Notes under the pieces: model-generated
What the model saw: the letters and a program-made list of their open reading frames with translations, nothing else
Databases searched by the model: none
What the model was told of the DNA's origin: nothing
Shown: one piece after another, positions 41,063-51,421 of the stretch
How the letters are laid out: every line of letters begins with the position of its first letter
Numbering within the stretch: position 1 is the first letter of the stretch
Assembly (NCBI GenBank): GCA_000002435.2
Contig: CM018793.1
DNA: 64,000 nucleotides
DNA from: Giardia intestinalis
Lineage: Eukaryota
Reading direction: 5' to 3' (one strand)
Program-made: the position numbers and the translations under genes

Positions 41063-42622
41063 TCATGCCTTTTTCTGTTTCCGTGATTTCACGGGACTAG
41101 TCTCCTTGGAGAATATCAGGATAAGCGCTGCAACAACTGCATTTACCGCCAGCAAGTAGCACATGTTCTCATATCTCTTTCCTCCGTTCAACTTTATGAG
41201 TTCCGGCGATACATTCTGGAACACTGCAGCGCCCAGGAAGGGAGCTATATTGAAGAAGCCGATCGCCGTCCCAGAAACAGCGATTGGGAACATTTCTTTT
41301 ACATTTGTATAGGCCACGACAATCATAGTGCCTCCTACAAGACCGATGAAGACATAAAGGATCGCGTAGCCCCAAATGGCTGGATTGACGAGCTTTACTA
41401 TAGCAATCCCTAAGTACACTAAAAACATAATTCCATTATTAATAAGTTGCATTGGTTTTCTGCCCATAAGATTGGCGAGTACTGACTGGAGTGGAGACCC
41501 CACGATCGTCCCCAGGTTCAATCCTGCTTGCACCCATGTAGCATCTAGCTTTACATTGCCTCCATTTTGGCTAACTGTGTTGGTGATAAGCTCAACTCCT
41601 GCAGTTGCAGAGATGGTGAAGTATGACCCGGTGCAGAAGAAGTAGGCTACCATCATTAGTATGAGGTACTTGCTGTTCTCTGAGCAGAAGACGATCTTCA
41701 TGGAATCACAGAACTCCGCTAAGTGACTCTTCTTCGCGAGTGAGGACGCAGCAGGATCACTCCTTACCGCAGGCTCCACGACCTCGAAGGTGGGCGCAGC
41801 TGTGTTGCAGTAAAAGTCATGGGCAGAGTCGGGAGCATTGACGACTCCACTTGAGACCAAGCTGCCTTCGGCCACCGTAGGCCCGGCGGCTGGCACAGTA
41901 TTCTGTTGTAGAGTAGGGTCTGTAGGGTCTGTTGATGTGACTCCGAGCTGTTCAGGTTTGCTGGCAGAGGGGTTGGCTATGGGGGCGTAGCCAGCCTTCT
42001 CCGGGGTGTCGTGTGCCACACAAACAAATATAACTGTTAGCAGGGCGGTTATGCCCCCAACAATACTAAAAATATAATCTATAATTAAAGGTTTTGCATT
42101 CGGATTTCTGACTATTGTCTGGATCAATATGGTAAGAGGGGCAGTACAAAAAAAGCCCCCGAGTCCCCCCAGAGCTACCATAATCCCGGTTAACAGCCCG
42201 AACTTATGGATGGGGAACCACAGAGCGATCAGCTTCAGTATCGGAACGTACACAAAGGCTGCCCCTATCCCCACCAGCGATCTCCCAAAGTATACTATAG
42301 CTAGATTTCTAGGGAAAGCAATCACAAGAGATCCTGCAGTCATAAAAATTCCAGCCATAAAAATTGTCCACCGCGGCTTTATCGCATCCACTGTAATGCC
42401 TACAAAAGGTTGCAAAAAAGCGTAAAAGTAGAAGTAAAGCGAGCCGAAGATTGGCAACATCATTTCCTTGGATACGCTGGAACTCGCACTAAATTTATCA
42501 TGAAACTCTTCCCCGATGGAAGCAGCAACCAAACGGTGAAAGAACACTACAATATACATCAAGGCAGATATTACATAGATGGATATGGCTCTGCATTGAC
42601 GAGCACTGTCGCTCTTCGGCAT
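41063..42622 (-). CDS. major-facilitator-superfamily-type transporter (519 aa, ~12 TM)
   Basis: Twelve hydrophobic segments are in 6+6 arrangement with a central hydrophilic loop. There is an MFS-like motif near TM2-3 (GRSLVGIGAAF). Confidence 0.55.
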   Translation of the reverse strand: MPKSDSARQCRAISIYVISALMYIVVFFHRLVAASIGEEFHDKFSASSSVSKEMMLPIFGSLYFYFYAFLQPFVGITVDAIKPRWTIFMAGIFMTAGSLVIAFPRNLAIVYFGRSLVGIGAAFVYVPILKLIALWFPIHKFGLLTGIMVALGGLGGFFCTAPLTILIQTIVRNPNAKPLIIDYIFSIVGGITALLTVIFVCVAHDTPEKAGYAPIANPSASKPEQLGVTSTDPTDPTLQQNTVPAAGPTVAEGSLVSSGVVNAPDSAHDFYCNTAAPTFEVVEPAVRSDPAASSLAKKSHLAEFCDSMKIVFCSENSKYLILMMVAYFFCTGSYFTISATAGVELITNTVSQNGGNVKLDATWVQAGLNLGTIVGSPLQSVLANLMGRKPMQLINNGIMFLVYLGIAIVKLVNPAIWGYAILYVFIGLVGGTMIVVAYTNVKEMFPIAVSGTAIGFFNIAPFLGAAVFQNVSPELIKLNGGKRYENMCYLLAVNAVVAALILIFSKETSPVKSRKQKKA

Positions 42623-42649
42623 CTTTTTATTCTATCCGAATTAAATAAT

Positions 42650-44518
42650 TTACTTCGTCTGTAAATCCTCATAGCTCCCACGCCGGTTAGTATAATATTG
42701 TTTCACAAAGTCAACAAATCTATCTACATCTTCAACGGTCGTGATGTATCCCAGTGAAAGCCTGATTGCCCCCAACGGTATCCCTTTCACCATGTCTAAT
42801 TCATCTCCGCACGACGTCTTGTTCTTAGACGCTTCTATGACGTCTTCCTCAGAGATACCCATGTATGTGTTGCAAGCGCCGGGGTTGCAATTGCAACCTA
42901 CTCTCAGCATGAACCCGTTCTTGGCAGCGTGTCTGCTGAAGTTGTAGTATCCGAGATAATTCCCATCGACATCCTTGAGATTGAAAGCTATGATGCCACC
43001 CTGTAAGTTCATGTCATTCTTAGCATGCTCACCATAAACCTCAACCAACGGACGACCGTTATGGTGCTTAAGAGCTATCAGGCTTTCATATGCGCGCCGA
43101 GTCACGGCCCAAACGTGTGCCTGAATGTTCGACATACCAAGACTCTTCAGGATGTTGAACCCGTACCTCAGAGACGGAATGTGGAGAAAATTTAAGGTAC
43201 CGTCTTCGAAACGCTCGTGGTAACTTGGCTTCAGCTTGCAGTAGTCGGATTCGCAGCTGGCCAATACGACAGCTCCGCCCCCGAAGAACGTCTTTTGAAG
43301 CAGCGGATTGATATCATTTCGAACAAGAAGGGCACCGACCCCCGAGGGGTACCCAAACATTTTGTAGAAGCTCACAACCACAAAGGATGCAGGATATTTG
43401 TTCAGGTCCAGGGGATTGGTCGGGACAAACGCAGCAGCATCGAGCAGCACATGCCACACAGAGTTCTTGCTGGTACACATACTGTTAGTGTTCATGAACT
43501 TTGCAGCGAACTCCCCACTCTGGAATGCATGTATTAAATCCAGATTGTACTTGACACCGGAAAAGTTATCCTCCGCTGGGAAGGCGATGAGGTGGTGCGT
43601 CTTGTTTAGATAGACAGAGTCCACCTCCTTGTTGAACGCGATATCCCGGGCTGTCGGTCTGTTGATTCTGTTTGCAGCAGATGCACCACTATTGCCGTTG
43701 GCCAGTTTGAGATATGATGTGTTGCACAGCTTTACGAACTCATCTTCTAGGCTTATGCTGTAGAGATCGAAGGGAAGTGTTCCAAAGCTGGCCCCATGTT
43801 TGAGAGCGACTCTGCGCATCCCCAAGACAGAGTTATGGTTGTGCTTCGAGTACATGAACTGGGATCGGTTAGACCAGGGGAAGGAGTGTGCAATGAGCTG
43901 CAGTCCAGCGGAGGCCCCCGACGTGAAAATGACGGAGTATGTTCCCCGGGGAGCGTTAAAGAACTCGAGGATCATATCTCGTATGTCATCAACTGCTCTC
44001 TCCGAGTTCCTGCTACACGCAGAGTCTGAATGGATATTGCAAAAGAGAGCAGACTCCAGAAATTTAAGAGACTCTTTGAGCTGCGTTACCTGGAAGAGCC
44101 CAGAGCCGGTAAAGTCCAGATACGTAGAGTTTGCACCGAGATTAGGGAATTCTACATGTCTCCAGGAATACAGGCTACCCCCATACGCATAGGCAGGGTA
44201 CTTCTGCATCCATCTTTGAGCGTCTGCATTGGGTTCAACCCTTATTCCACGCCCAGAAATGTCTGTTGCCACATTTGCAAAACCATAGTCAGCAGTCGAT
44301 TCGTTCGCTACATTGGCTGAACGTATGAATGCATCCAACCCAGCCCTATAACCAAGTATGAGCAAGAGCATGAACAACATGCCAGACGCTGCTCCTGCTA
44401 GAAGGGGGATGACCAGCGAAGATTTCTTTGAGGATGGCTTGTACGTGGAATGGCCTTTAGCGCTTTCCTTGTTAGGCATCTTTGAGCTAAAAATAAAAAC
44501 AGACGTCATAGAACGCAA
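42650..44518 (-). CDS. class-V aminotransferase-fold PLP enzyme (cysteine desulfurase / MOCOS N-domain-like), 622 aa, N-terminal TM anchor
   Basis: YLDFTGSGL...VIFTSGASAGLQL resembles the MOCOS/NifS N-terminal region. The PLP-lysine motif SFYKMFGYPSGVGALLV corresponds to S.HK..GP.G.GALYV. Confidence 0.6.
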   Translation of the reverse strand: MRSMTSVFIFSSKMPNKESAKGHSTYKPSSKKSSLVIPLLAGAASGMLFMLLLILGYRAGLDAFIRSANVANESTADYGFANVATDISGRGIRVEPNADAQRWMQKYPAYAYGGSLYSWRHVEFPNLGANSTYLDFTGSGLFQVTQLKESLKFLESALFCNIHSDSACSRNSERAVDDIRDMILEFFNAPRGTYSVIFTSGASAGLQLIAHSFPWSNRSQFMYSKHNHNSVLGMRRVALKHGASFGTLPFDLYSISLEDEFVKLCNTSYLKLANGNSGASAANRINRPTARDIAFNKEVDSVYLNKTHHLIAFPAEDNFSGVKYNLDLIHAFQSGEFAAKFMNTNSMCTSKNSVWHVLLDAAAFVPTNPLDLNKYPASFVVVSFYKMFGYPSGVGALLVRNDINPLLQKTFFGGGAVVLASCESDYCKLKPSYHERFEDGTLNFLHIPSLRYGFNILKSLGMSNIQAHVWAVTRRAYESLIALKHHNGRPLVEVYGEHAKNDMNLQGGIIAFNLKDVDGNYLGYYNFSRHAAKNGFMLRVGCNCNPGACNTYMGISEEDVIEASKNKTSCGDELDMVKGIPLGAIRLSLGYITTVEDVDRFVDFVKQYYTNRRGSYEDLQTK

Positions 44519-44828
44519 ATTAGGAAGGAAAATGTGTGATCACCCCAGCAACCCTTAGTAATCGCCAAGAGTGGCGGAGAGCAACGCAGGAGCGTCAGTT
44601 TAGCTTTTACTCATAGGCGGTCTTTAAAAGCCGATTCTATTTACTTAGAGATTAACGAAAGGAAAACGTGACGCATCACGGGCTTGGCCCGCGCCAAGGC
44701 TCGGCAGCAGGAATGCCTTAGATTACTTGCAACGTAGCTGTACAGTGTTCATTAAATTAAATTTGAATTTCAAATCGATTTTTGCTGCAAAGTTCAAAAA
44801 ACGGCATCAGCAGCTTAAATAAAAACCT

Positions 44829-45575
44829 ATGGCCGAGGCATTTACGCGTGAAGACTACGTCTTTATGGCTCAGCTCAACGAGAACGCCGAGCGCTATGAT
44901 GAGATGGTGGAGACCATGAGGAAGATCTCCGGTATGGAAGGCGAGCTCTCGGATAAGGAGCGAAACCTGCTTTCTGTAGCCTACAAGAACGTCATCGGCC
45001 CCCGCCGCGCAGCCTGGAGGATCGTCTCCTCCATCGAGGCGAAGGAGAAGGGCCGCCAGAAGCCGAACGCCAAGCGAATCGAGCAGATCCGTGTGTACAG
45101 GCAGAAGATAGAGAAAGAGCTTTCGGACATCTGCAACGACATCCTCAAGCTCCTCCAGGAGCAGTTCGTCCCCCGCTCCACAAATGCCGACGCGAAGGTC
45201 TTCTACTACAAGATGCAGGGAGACTACTATAGGTACCTCGCCGAGTACTCGTCGGGCGAGGACAAGGAGAAGATCGCCGGCTCTGCCCTCAACGCCTACA
45301 ACTCTGCGTTCGAGATCTCCCAGCAGCTGCCTCCGACCCACCCGATCCGTCTCGGGCTGGCTCTGAACTTCTCTGTCTTCTACTATGAGATCCTCGCGTC
45401 TCCTGACAGGGCTTGCGAGCTTGCGCGCAAGGCTTTCGACGCGGCCATCACAGATCTGGACAAGCTGACCGAGGAGTCTTACAAGGACTCGACCCTCATC
45501 ATGCAGCTCCTCCGCGACAACCTCAACCTCTGGGTGACGGACTCTGCCGGTGACGATAATGCCGAGGAGAAGTAG
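44829..45575 (+). CDS. 14-3-3 protein (Giardia g14-3-3), 248 aa
   Basis: Canonical 14-3-3 signatures are present ([31 protein letters not shown]). The N-terminus [16 protein letters not shown] matches the known Giardia isoform. An AGTAAAT polyA signal lies at 45587-45593. Confidence 0.95.
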   Translation: MAEAFTREDYVFMAQLNENAERYDEMVETMRKISGMEGELSDKERNLLSVAYKNVIGPRRAAWRIVSSIEAKEKGRQKPNAKRIEQIRVYRQKIEKELSDICNDILKLLQEQFVPRSTNADAKVFYYKMQGDYYRYLAEYSSGEDKEKIAGSALNAYNSAFEISQQLPPTHPIRLGLALNFSVFYYEILASPDRACELARKAFDAAITDLDKLTEESYKDSTLIMQLLRDNLNLWVTDSAGDDNAEEK

Positions 45576-45586
45576 ATCTGGCGCCG

Positions 45587-45593
45587 AGTAAAT
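45587..45593 (+). terminator. polyadenylation signal AGTAAAT for 14-3-3
   Basis: This AGTRAAY match lies 12 nt after the stop. It is only 15 nt from the stop of the convergent Vps11-like gene at 45608. Confidence 0.6.
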
Positions 45594-45607
45594 GTGCTGA
45601 CCGTTTA

Positions 45608-48600
45608 CTAGGGGAAGAACTGGGCAACTTCGGGGCAAAGCAGCTCCTCGACGAGGTTTGTAAACGTCTTGGCGCACCCGGAGGCCACCTTGACGACTGG
45701 TGTGGCACTCGAGTGGCCTCTTGGGTAGCAGTGCGGACAGCTCTCCTGGCCTTGGAGGCAGTTGCCATGGAATGCGTGCCCGCAGCCGAGATAAGTGATT
45801 GGGGGCTCTAGTCGGAAGTTGCAACGTGCACAGTTCCCCTTGGTCCATTGGCGCGGCTTAGATATATCGGCAAGACGCTCCTCCCAAGTCCGGAGCTGCG
45901 TCTGATTCTTTATCATAGTGTTCACGCAGTCGCAGAGGCTCGTAGACACCTTTTCGCCTATCTGCCGGAAGTACTCTGCGAAGGGCCCGAAGGTCACGCT
46001 TGGGCTGCTGTCCGAAAAGGTTGGAGAAACAGTAGTGAACTCATCTGCCTCAAAACAGTACTCACTCTTTGCATCGGTCTGCAACGACTCATGCGAAAGC
46101 GGGAGGGCTGTGGTGATGACCTGCAGTACCTGCTCATACGGTGCCTCCTTGCGCTTCATGATCGTCCGGAGAACGTCGGCAGTCGCCTCGACATTCTTGG
46201 TGCTGATGCACGCCGTTAGGAGCTCCATCCAGATGTCTTTCTCAAAGCTGGCGTCTGAAATAAACTCTTTATCATCCAGCATGCGCCCATACGCCTCGCC
46301 GGCGCTATATAGGTCTCCAGTGCTGATATAAAAGCGAATACAGCTTATGTGATCAAGATTCATTTGCAACAAACGCAGGATCCCTGCCTTAAAGTCGTGA
46401 AGATAGAAGCATACCAGAATGCGAGCCAACCCATCTCTTATCTCGAACTTGAGCTTCTTCTGTCTCTTGGCTGCCTTTTCCTTTCCACTGGCTCTCCCCG
46501 CCGGCTTAACTGCTACCTGACTTCGTGCAATATCGGGGCTCTTAAGCCGGGATATAACCGCACTGCCGGTGTTATCAATCACGTTATTTATAAATCTGAT
46601 ATAATCCTTGAGATTCTTCAGAATTTCTGCCTCGCTTATCTTCAGACAGAGTTGGAGCTCGAAAAACACAACAGCCGTGGCCGGCTTGAACGAATCATAA
46701 CCGAGGGTGTTATCCAGCACTCTTGCAAAAAGTGATTTCAGAATATCTAGAAGATTGCTGTTAAGCGATGCTTCAAAAAAGACAAGCATGAACTCCTCAA
46801 TAGAAAACACCTGCTCAGTCGTCACCGCTGGTTTGTTCCATTTGGACATGCGCGTGATCCATGCAGGGATCTCTCTCGGCTCTTCCTTGGTCGCCAGCAG
46901 GACAGACTGGCGGTACCGCACAGGAAGGTTGGCAGGCTGTTCAGAGGAAAACATCACACACAGGCGCTTTATGGTCTTGCAGATGTCCTGGGGCGAATGC
47001 CTAATGAGCTCGCGCCCAAACTCCAGTATGGCTGCCCGACAGTCGTCGAAGTCCATCACAGACAGGAGACAAAGCACCTCAATGTATCTGTTTGTTTCAA
47101 TTAGAAGGTTAATGGCGAGCAGTCCCTCCCCGAGACAGATAGAAAGTAATAGCGCCTCGTCCACCATTCCCATGTCACGTAGTGCATCGTATGCTCCCTT
47201 GATGTTTTTAATTGTGCACTGCTGGCAATTAGTATTCTGATAAACTTGAATAGCCTCCTCGATAAAGTCGTGGATGGCTTCCCTCTGGCCCAGTTTCTCA
47301 TAGAAATTAAAGAGCATGCGGACATGCATGTCCTCGGCCTTTCCTGCCCGATTGATGGACAGAATATAGCGCACCATCAGGTCCACCCTGTTCTTTGCAA
47401 GAAACTTAGACAGCACCACACAGGGCTCCAGAAGCTTCGATGTTTGACTATACTCTTCGATTGATTGTTCAAGCTGACCCTGTTCAAAGAGAAAGTCTGC
47501 AAACTGCATGTGTATAGTTGCAATGTTGAACGATGTTAAGGAGCAGTTGCTGCTCTTCGCCATGGCAAGAGCCTCGGTGTAGAGCTTATTGCTTATCAAA
47601 GACTTGATCTGTGCATGTGTACTGAGAAGATTGATCTCTCTTATGGAAAAGTTTTGAGAGGGAGAGGTAGCCAGACAGACGAAGGCATTCGTCACAGGAG
47701 ACACAACAACCTTGTACTCCGTTTGCGGAAGGGATGATTTGTACACAAGCTTCGTAGCGTCATACACTGCTAGAGCCCCTGAGAGCTCCAGTGTCATTAA
47801 GTGATTAATGGAGTTTCGTTGAAGAGCCATCAGAGGTGACGGAAGTGACGTGTAGAGGAGGGGATGCGGTGCCCTAATAACGGTGTCAATCTTCGCTATA
47901 TCGTTTGGATTATTGAGAGCTAAATTAGAGAGAGAGCATGGTGTCAGTACCTCTACAATTTGGAGTGATGACGTATAATTAAAATAAGTTATAGTGCCAA
48001 ACGCATTCTTGGGAGAGCTTGCGGGGAAGCTACTATTGTAGTCACAAAGAATAGCAGATCTATGCGTTGGTTGCGGGGAAACAAGTCTAGCCAGGCTATG
48101 TAGATGTGCGCCATAACCGTTAAACGCGTACAGTCCTATGTATGAGGAAACACTGTCGGAATTAAGGGTAGAAGAAATTGTCGTGAGGCTCGATCCAAAG
48201 ACCCATGCAAGGCGAGTCCCCTCAGTCGATGGAACTATAAAAACGCTCTGAATGGGAATGCGTGAACTAGAGTCCTTCTTTCCTTGCAGCGATGCCCCAG
48301 TAATCTCTGTGACATACAAGGATTTGTTTCTGTTGAGGCGAATGACCTCAACCTGGCCCTTGTTAGTTCCAAGAATAAGGTAATGTTCATCCTCCGTTAC
48401 TGACATGGCGGAAACAGCCATCCCAGTGATGGCCATTGAAAGTGAGGACGGGATCTTCTGCCGAAAGATTAAAGTCGCGCCAGTTCCTGAGGAGTGACGC
48501 CTTCTGTTCTGAGAATAAGCAAAGACAGCAAGGGAGAACCCAGAACGCGCCTGGCCTGATGATTGGTGGGCCAAAAAAGCGCCGCCAAAACGAGTACGAG

Positions 48601-48895
48601 ACTGAACACTTTCGTCTATCCCCACAACAAAGATGTGGGTTGGACCAACAAGGATCTTTTGGAGCGTCACACTGAAGACTTCGATGAGTGACCACTCAAT
48701 AGCATTCGATTCACGCTGGCCCAAAAGCAGGCTACCGTCCGACAGCCCAAGAAGATAGCCTCCCCAGGAGGTCATAGCAAAGTCTGTGATGACTACGCCG
48801 CTGGCCAGAAACGGTGACAGGTCGTGTTCAAGGAGGACCTCCTCGTAGAAGGAAACGTGGTCTGGTTGCTGCATGCTATGGCAGGTATGTAACAA
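45608..48895 (-). CDS. Vps11/Vps18-like HOPS/CORVET subunit with C-terminal RING-H2 (1095 aa)
   Basis: The N-terminal beta-propeller-like region is followed by an alpha-solenoid. The C-terminal CARCNFRLEPPITYLGCGHAFHGNCL...CPHCYP matches the Vps11 RING (C.IC...LELP.VHFLCGHSFH..C...CP.C.P). Confidence 0.55.
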   Translation of the reverse strand: MLHTCHSMQQPDHVSFYEEVLLEHDLSPFLASGVVITDFAMTSWGGYLLGLSDGSLLLGQRESNAIEWSLIEVFSVTLQKILVGPTHIFVVGIDESVQSRTRFGGAFLAHQSSGQARSGFSLAVFAYSQNRRRHSSGTGATLIFRQKIPSSLSMAITGMAVSAMSVTEDEHYLILGTNKGQVEVIRLNRNKSLYVTEITGASLQGKKDSSSRIPIQSVFIVPSTEGTRLAWVFGSSLTTISSTLNSDSVSSYIGLYAFNGYGAHLHSLARLVSPQPTHRSAILCDYNSSFPASSPKNAFGTITYFNYTSSLQIVEVLTPCSLSNLALNNPNDIAKIDTVIRAPHPLLYTSLPSPLMALQRNSINHLMTLELSGALAVYDATKLVYKSSLPQTEYKVVVSPVTNAFVCLATSPSQNFSIREINLLSTHAQIKSLISNKLYTEALAMAKSSNCSLTSFNIATIHMQFADFLFEQGQLEQSIEEYSQTSKLLEPCVVLSKFLAKNRVDLMVRYILSINRAGKAEDMHVRMLFNFYEKLGQREAIHDFIEEAIQVYQNTNCQQCTIKNIKGAYDALRDMGMVDEALLLSICLGEGLLAINLLIETNRYIEVLCLLSVMDFDDCRAAILEFGRELIRHSPQDICKTIKRLCVMFSSEQPANLPVRYRQSVLLATKEEPREIPAWITRMSKWNKPAVTTEQVFSIEEFMLVFFEASLNSNLLDILKSLFARVLDNTLGYDSFKPATAVVFFELQLCLKISEAEILKNLKDYIRFINNVIDNTGSAVISRLKSPDIARSQVAVKPAGRASGKEKAAKRQKKLKFEIRDGLARILVCFYLHDFKAGILRLLQMNLDHISCIRFYISTGDLYSAGEAYGRMLDDKEFISDASFEKDIWMELLTACISTKNVEATADVLRTIMKRKEAPYEQVLQVITTALPLSHESLQTDAKSEYCFEADEFTTVSPTFSDSSPSVTFGPFAEYFRQIGEKVSTSLCDCVNTMIKNQTQLRTWEERLADISKPRQWTKGNCARCNFRLEPPITYLGCGHAFHGNCLQGQESCPHCYPRGHSSATPVVKVASGCAKTFTNLVEELLCPEVAQFFP

Positions 48896-49033
48896 ATTTT
48901 TTTTGACTGGAAGAGAAGATTTTTAGATCAGCCCCATCATTACGGCATAAGGCCGTCAATTAAAAAGGGTGCCAAATCTGCTACAAGACAGCTTTCATCA
49001 AGGGCAGCAAAGCTAATTTTAAAAAGTCTCTGC

Positions 49034-50767
49034 ATGCCTGCTACCCAACAAATAGCAGGCCTTGCCCTTGGAGAGCGTGTCTCTGGAAACAGTGCACTCA
49101 TGGGGTCTCTCGAATCACTATATAAAGCCAAATGCGCTGCACGGTCCATTCTTCAAAGTAATGCCAGGACTACCAAGTGCGCTAAATCCCGTAAGGGACA
49201 GTTCCCAGCTAACGATGACGAAAAAGGAGCCACATCGCAGGAGGTTGCATCAGTGTTGGACACTCTATCCAACTCGATTTCACAGATAAAGAAGACTACC
49301 GATCTCGGAAGGTCCAGTGACGTTCCTAGGGTGCAGACGCTGAATCAGATCACTGCTTCAGACCTGCTTATGATTCCTGCCCAGGTCCAGGCACCGACGG
49401 CGGCGGAAGAGACAAACACTAATGATAGGGATTTTGACAGTAGTGTTTTCTTCTTTGACTATAGCCATTGCAATGGGAAGTCTCTGCAGATGCAGGTGGC
49501 TGAGCTTAGACAGCATCCTGAGTTGCTTCGGAGCTTCCAAGAAGAGGTAATCGCTAACAAGCGTAAGCAGGTCCTAGATGAGAGGAACCGCCAAAACAAG
49601 TTACGCATGCAGCACAGGGAGAAAATGATGCGCTCATTGAGTTGCTCGTATGCAGCAAAGCCTATCATTGAGAACTTTCCGGCTTACAATAAGGCTCTAA
49701 TATCTCAAGGCTTCTACTCGCCAGAATCGCAGCACATGCGAACGCTAAAGCACGCAGAAGCTCTAGACGCGCATATTGATAATATCTATTATAAAAGGGA
49801 CTGTCTAGACGCCGATTTGTTGGCAAGGAAGCTGCTAACAATTAGGAAGCCTTCAGAAAAGCCAATACTTCCGCAGACCTTTATCAGACAACGCACAGAG
49901 CTGGGACAATTTGTGTGTTTTACTGCCCGGCTGGCACTGCTGTTCCAAGTCGCCACAAGATTCTGTGAGATCCGAATGAACAATGACTACATGACAAGCG
50001 CAGCGATAATCATACAATACACATACAGAGTACACAGGGCGTCGCTTACGTATAAGCAAACAAAAGCGTCAACGATACGCATTCAGCGGGCATCACTTGC
50101 GTTTCTTAATAGACTACGACGACAGAGGCGCCAGAAGGCTCTAGTCAACGTTAAGCAGTTTCTTCTAGGGATTTACATGAAGAATGTTTGGCCCGCTGCT
50201 GCCATTATGCACATGAATGCTGGCAATACAATCCTTCGCGAGCTGCGGCTTTACAAGGCACGGAAGTTGGCTCGCTTGGAGTTGCTTGTTCTCCTTCTGG
50301 CAAAGATAGACCGCCTAGATACGTTTTCCAGACTTCGCAACACGGGGTACCAGGCTCACCTGCGCGAGCTAGCGCTAGACGCCAACAAGAAGAAAAAGCC
50401 AGGCGAGGGCGCTAGAAAGCCACCTGCGCAATATTCCATAGAGCACTTTAATCCATCCCCAGACGAAGTAGAGGAGGATCTCCTTGCACCAGAGACTCTC
50501 CTTATTATCGCGCGTGTCTACTTGACGGCTGCTTTTCAGTTCCACCAGTCTGAACTGGAGGCTGTTGGGTGCAGAAATGCTGATGCTAATGCTAATAAGG
50601 ACAATACTATTTCTGCTTTATTGCTGCTTCCAAGCTACGTGTGTAGCTCTGCTCTGCTCAAAACTGCCCGTGAAAACCTTCCGGAGTTCCGTGTTATGCT
50701 TACAGACTACCTAAGTACAGAATTAGATCTTCTTGAGTTTGGACCTCGGTTTCCAGATGAGCACTAG
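49034..50767 (+). CDS. hypothetical protein with IQ calmodulin-binding-like motifs (577 aa)
   Basis: It has IIQYTYRVHRASL and IRIQRASLAFLNRLRRQRRQ. The start codon is uncertain. Confidence 0.5.
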   Translation: MPATQQIAGLALGERVSGNSALMGSLESLYKAKCAARSILQSNARTTKCAKSRKGQFPANDDEKGATSQEVASVLDTLSNSISQIKKTTDLGRSSDVPRVQTLNQITASDLLMIPAQVQAPTAAEETNTNDRDFDSSVFFFDYSHCNGKSLQMQVAELRQHPELLRSFQEEVIANKRKQVLDERNRQNKLRMQHREKMMRSLSCSYAAKPIIENFPAYNKALISQGFYSPESQHMRTLKHAEALDAHIDNIYYKRDCLDADLLARKLLTIRKPSEKPILPQTFIRQRTELGQFVCFTARLALLFQVATRFCEIRMNNDYMTSAAIIIQYTYRVHRASLTYKQTKASTIRIQRASLAFLNRLRRQRRQKALVNVKQFLLGIYMKNVWPAAAIMHMNAGNTILRELRLYKARKLARLELLVLLLAKIDRLDTFSRLRNTGYQAHLRELALDANKKKKPGEGARKPPAQYSIEHFNPSPDEVEEDLLAPETLLIIARVYLTAAFQFHQSELEAVGCRNADANANKDNTISALLLLPSYVCSSALLKTARENLPEFRVMLTDYLSTELDLLEFGPRFPDEH

Positions 50768-51421
50768 ACTACAAACTAACTGTAGCGATCTCACCACCTT
50801 GGCTGTTGTGGGGCGCCTTTAGAAAGCAGGGCGTTCTTGCCTTCTAGTGGCTGATGCATCTTTGCTCAGTCTGCTCAAAACGTTACAAGTCTTTGGCATC
50901 ATGCGTGCTATGCCTGGACCGAGACTTCATTTAGAGAATACTTACTTTGGTGAATATCCCTCAGACTTAGTTCTTGACGGCGTTATATATACTTTCGCGT
51001 GCTTTCTCGCTCATACTTCTCCAGTTACTGGTTGATTTCTGCTCCTACAGTGCTCTCTGTCCCACGAGCTTTTACGGCTTGACTTACAGTACGGCTTCGC
51101 TTGCGTCTATACAGGTTGTTATTTACACAGATGTCATAAAGTGCTTTGCTGTGAAAAGCCTATGTTTTTTGAGGACATTATCAATCTGGATTTACTAACC
51201 TAACCAACAATCTCAAATAAATTTATATCACTGTGACCTCTTGAGAAATTTCTACCATTTGGAGCCTTATCTAGGACTCGGGAGACGACAGGGACGATGG
51301 TAAAATGTAACGCTGTATGCATCCCGTGGCTAGCCACTTATGGTTTACAGGTAGTACATTAGACTTAATTATGTCTAAATCATTTTAGCGTCTGTTGTAC
51401 CCGAGCAAAAAATAAAAGACC

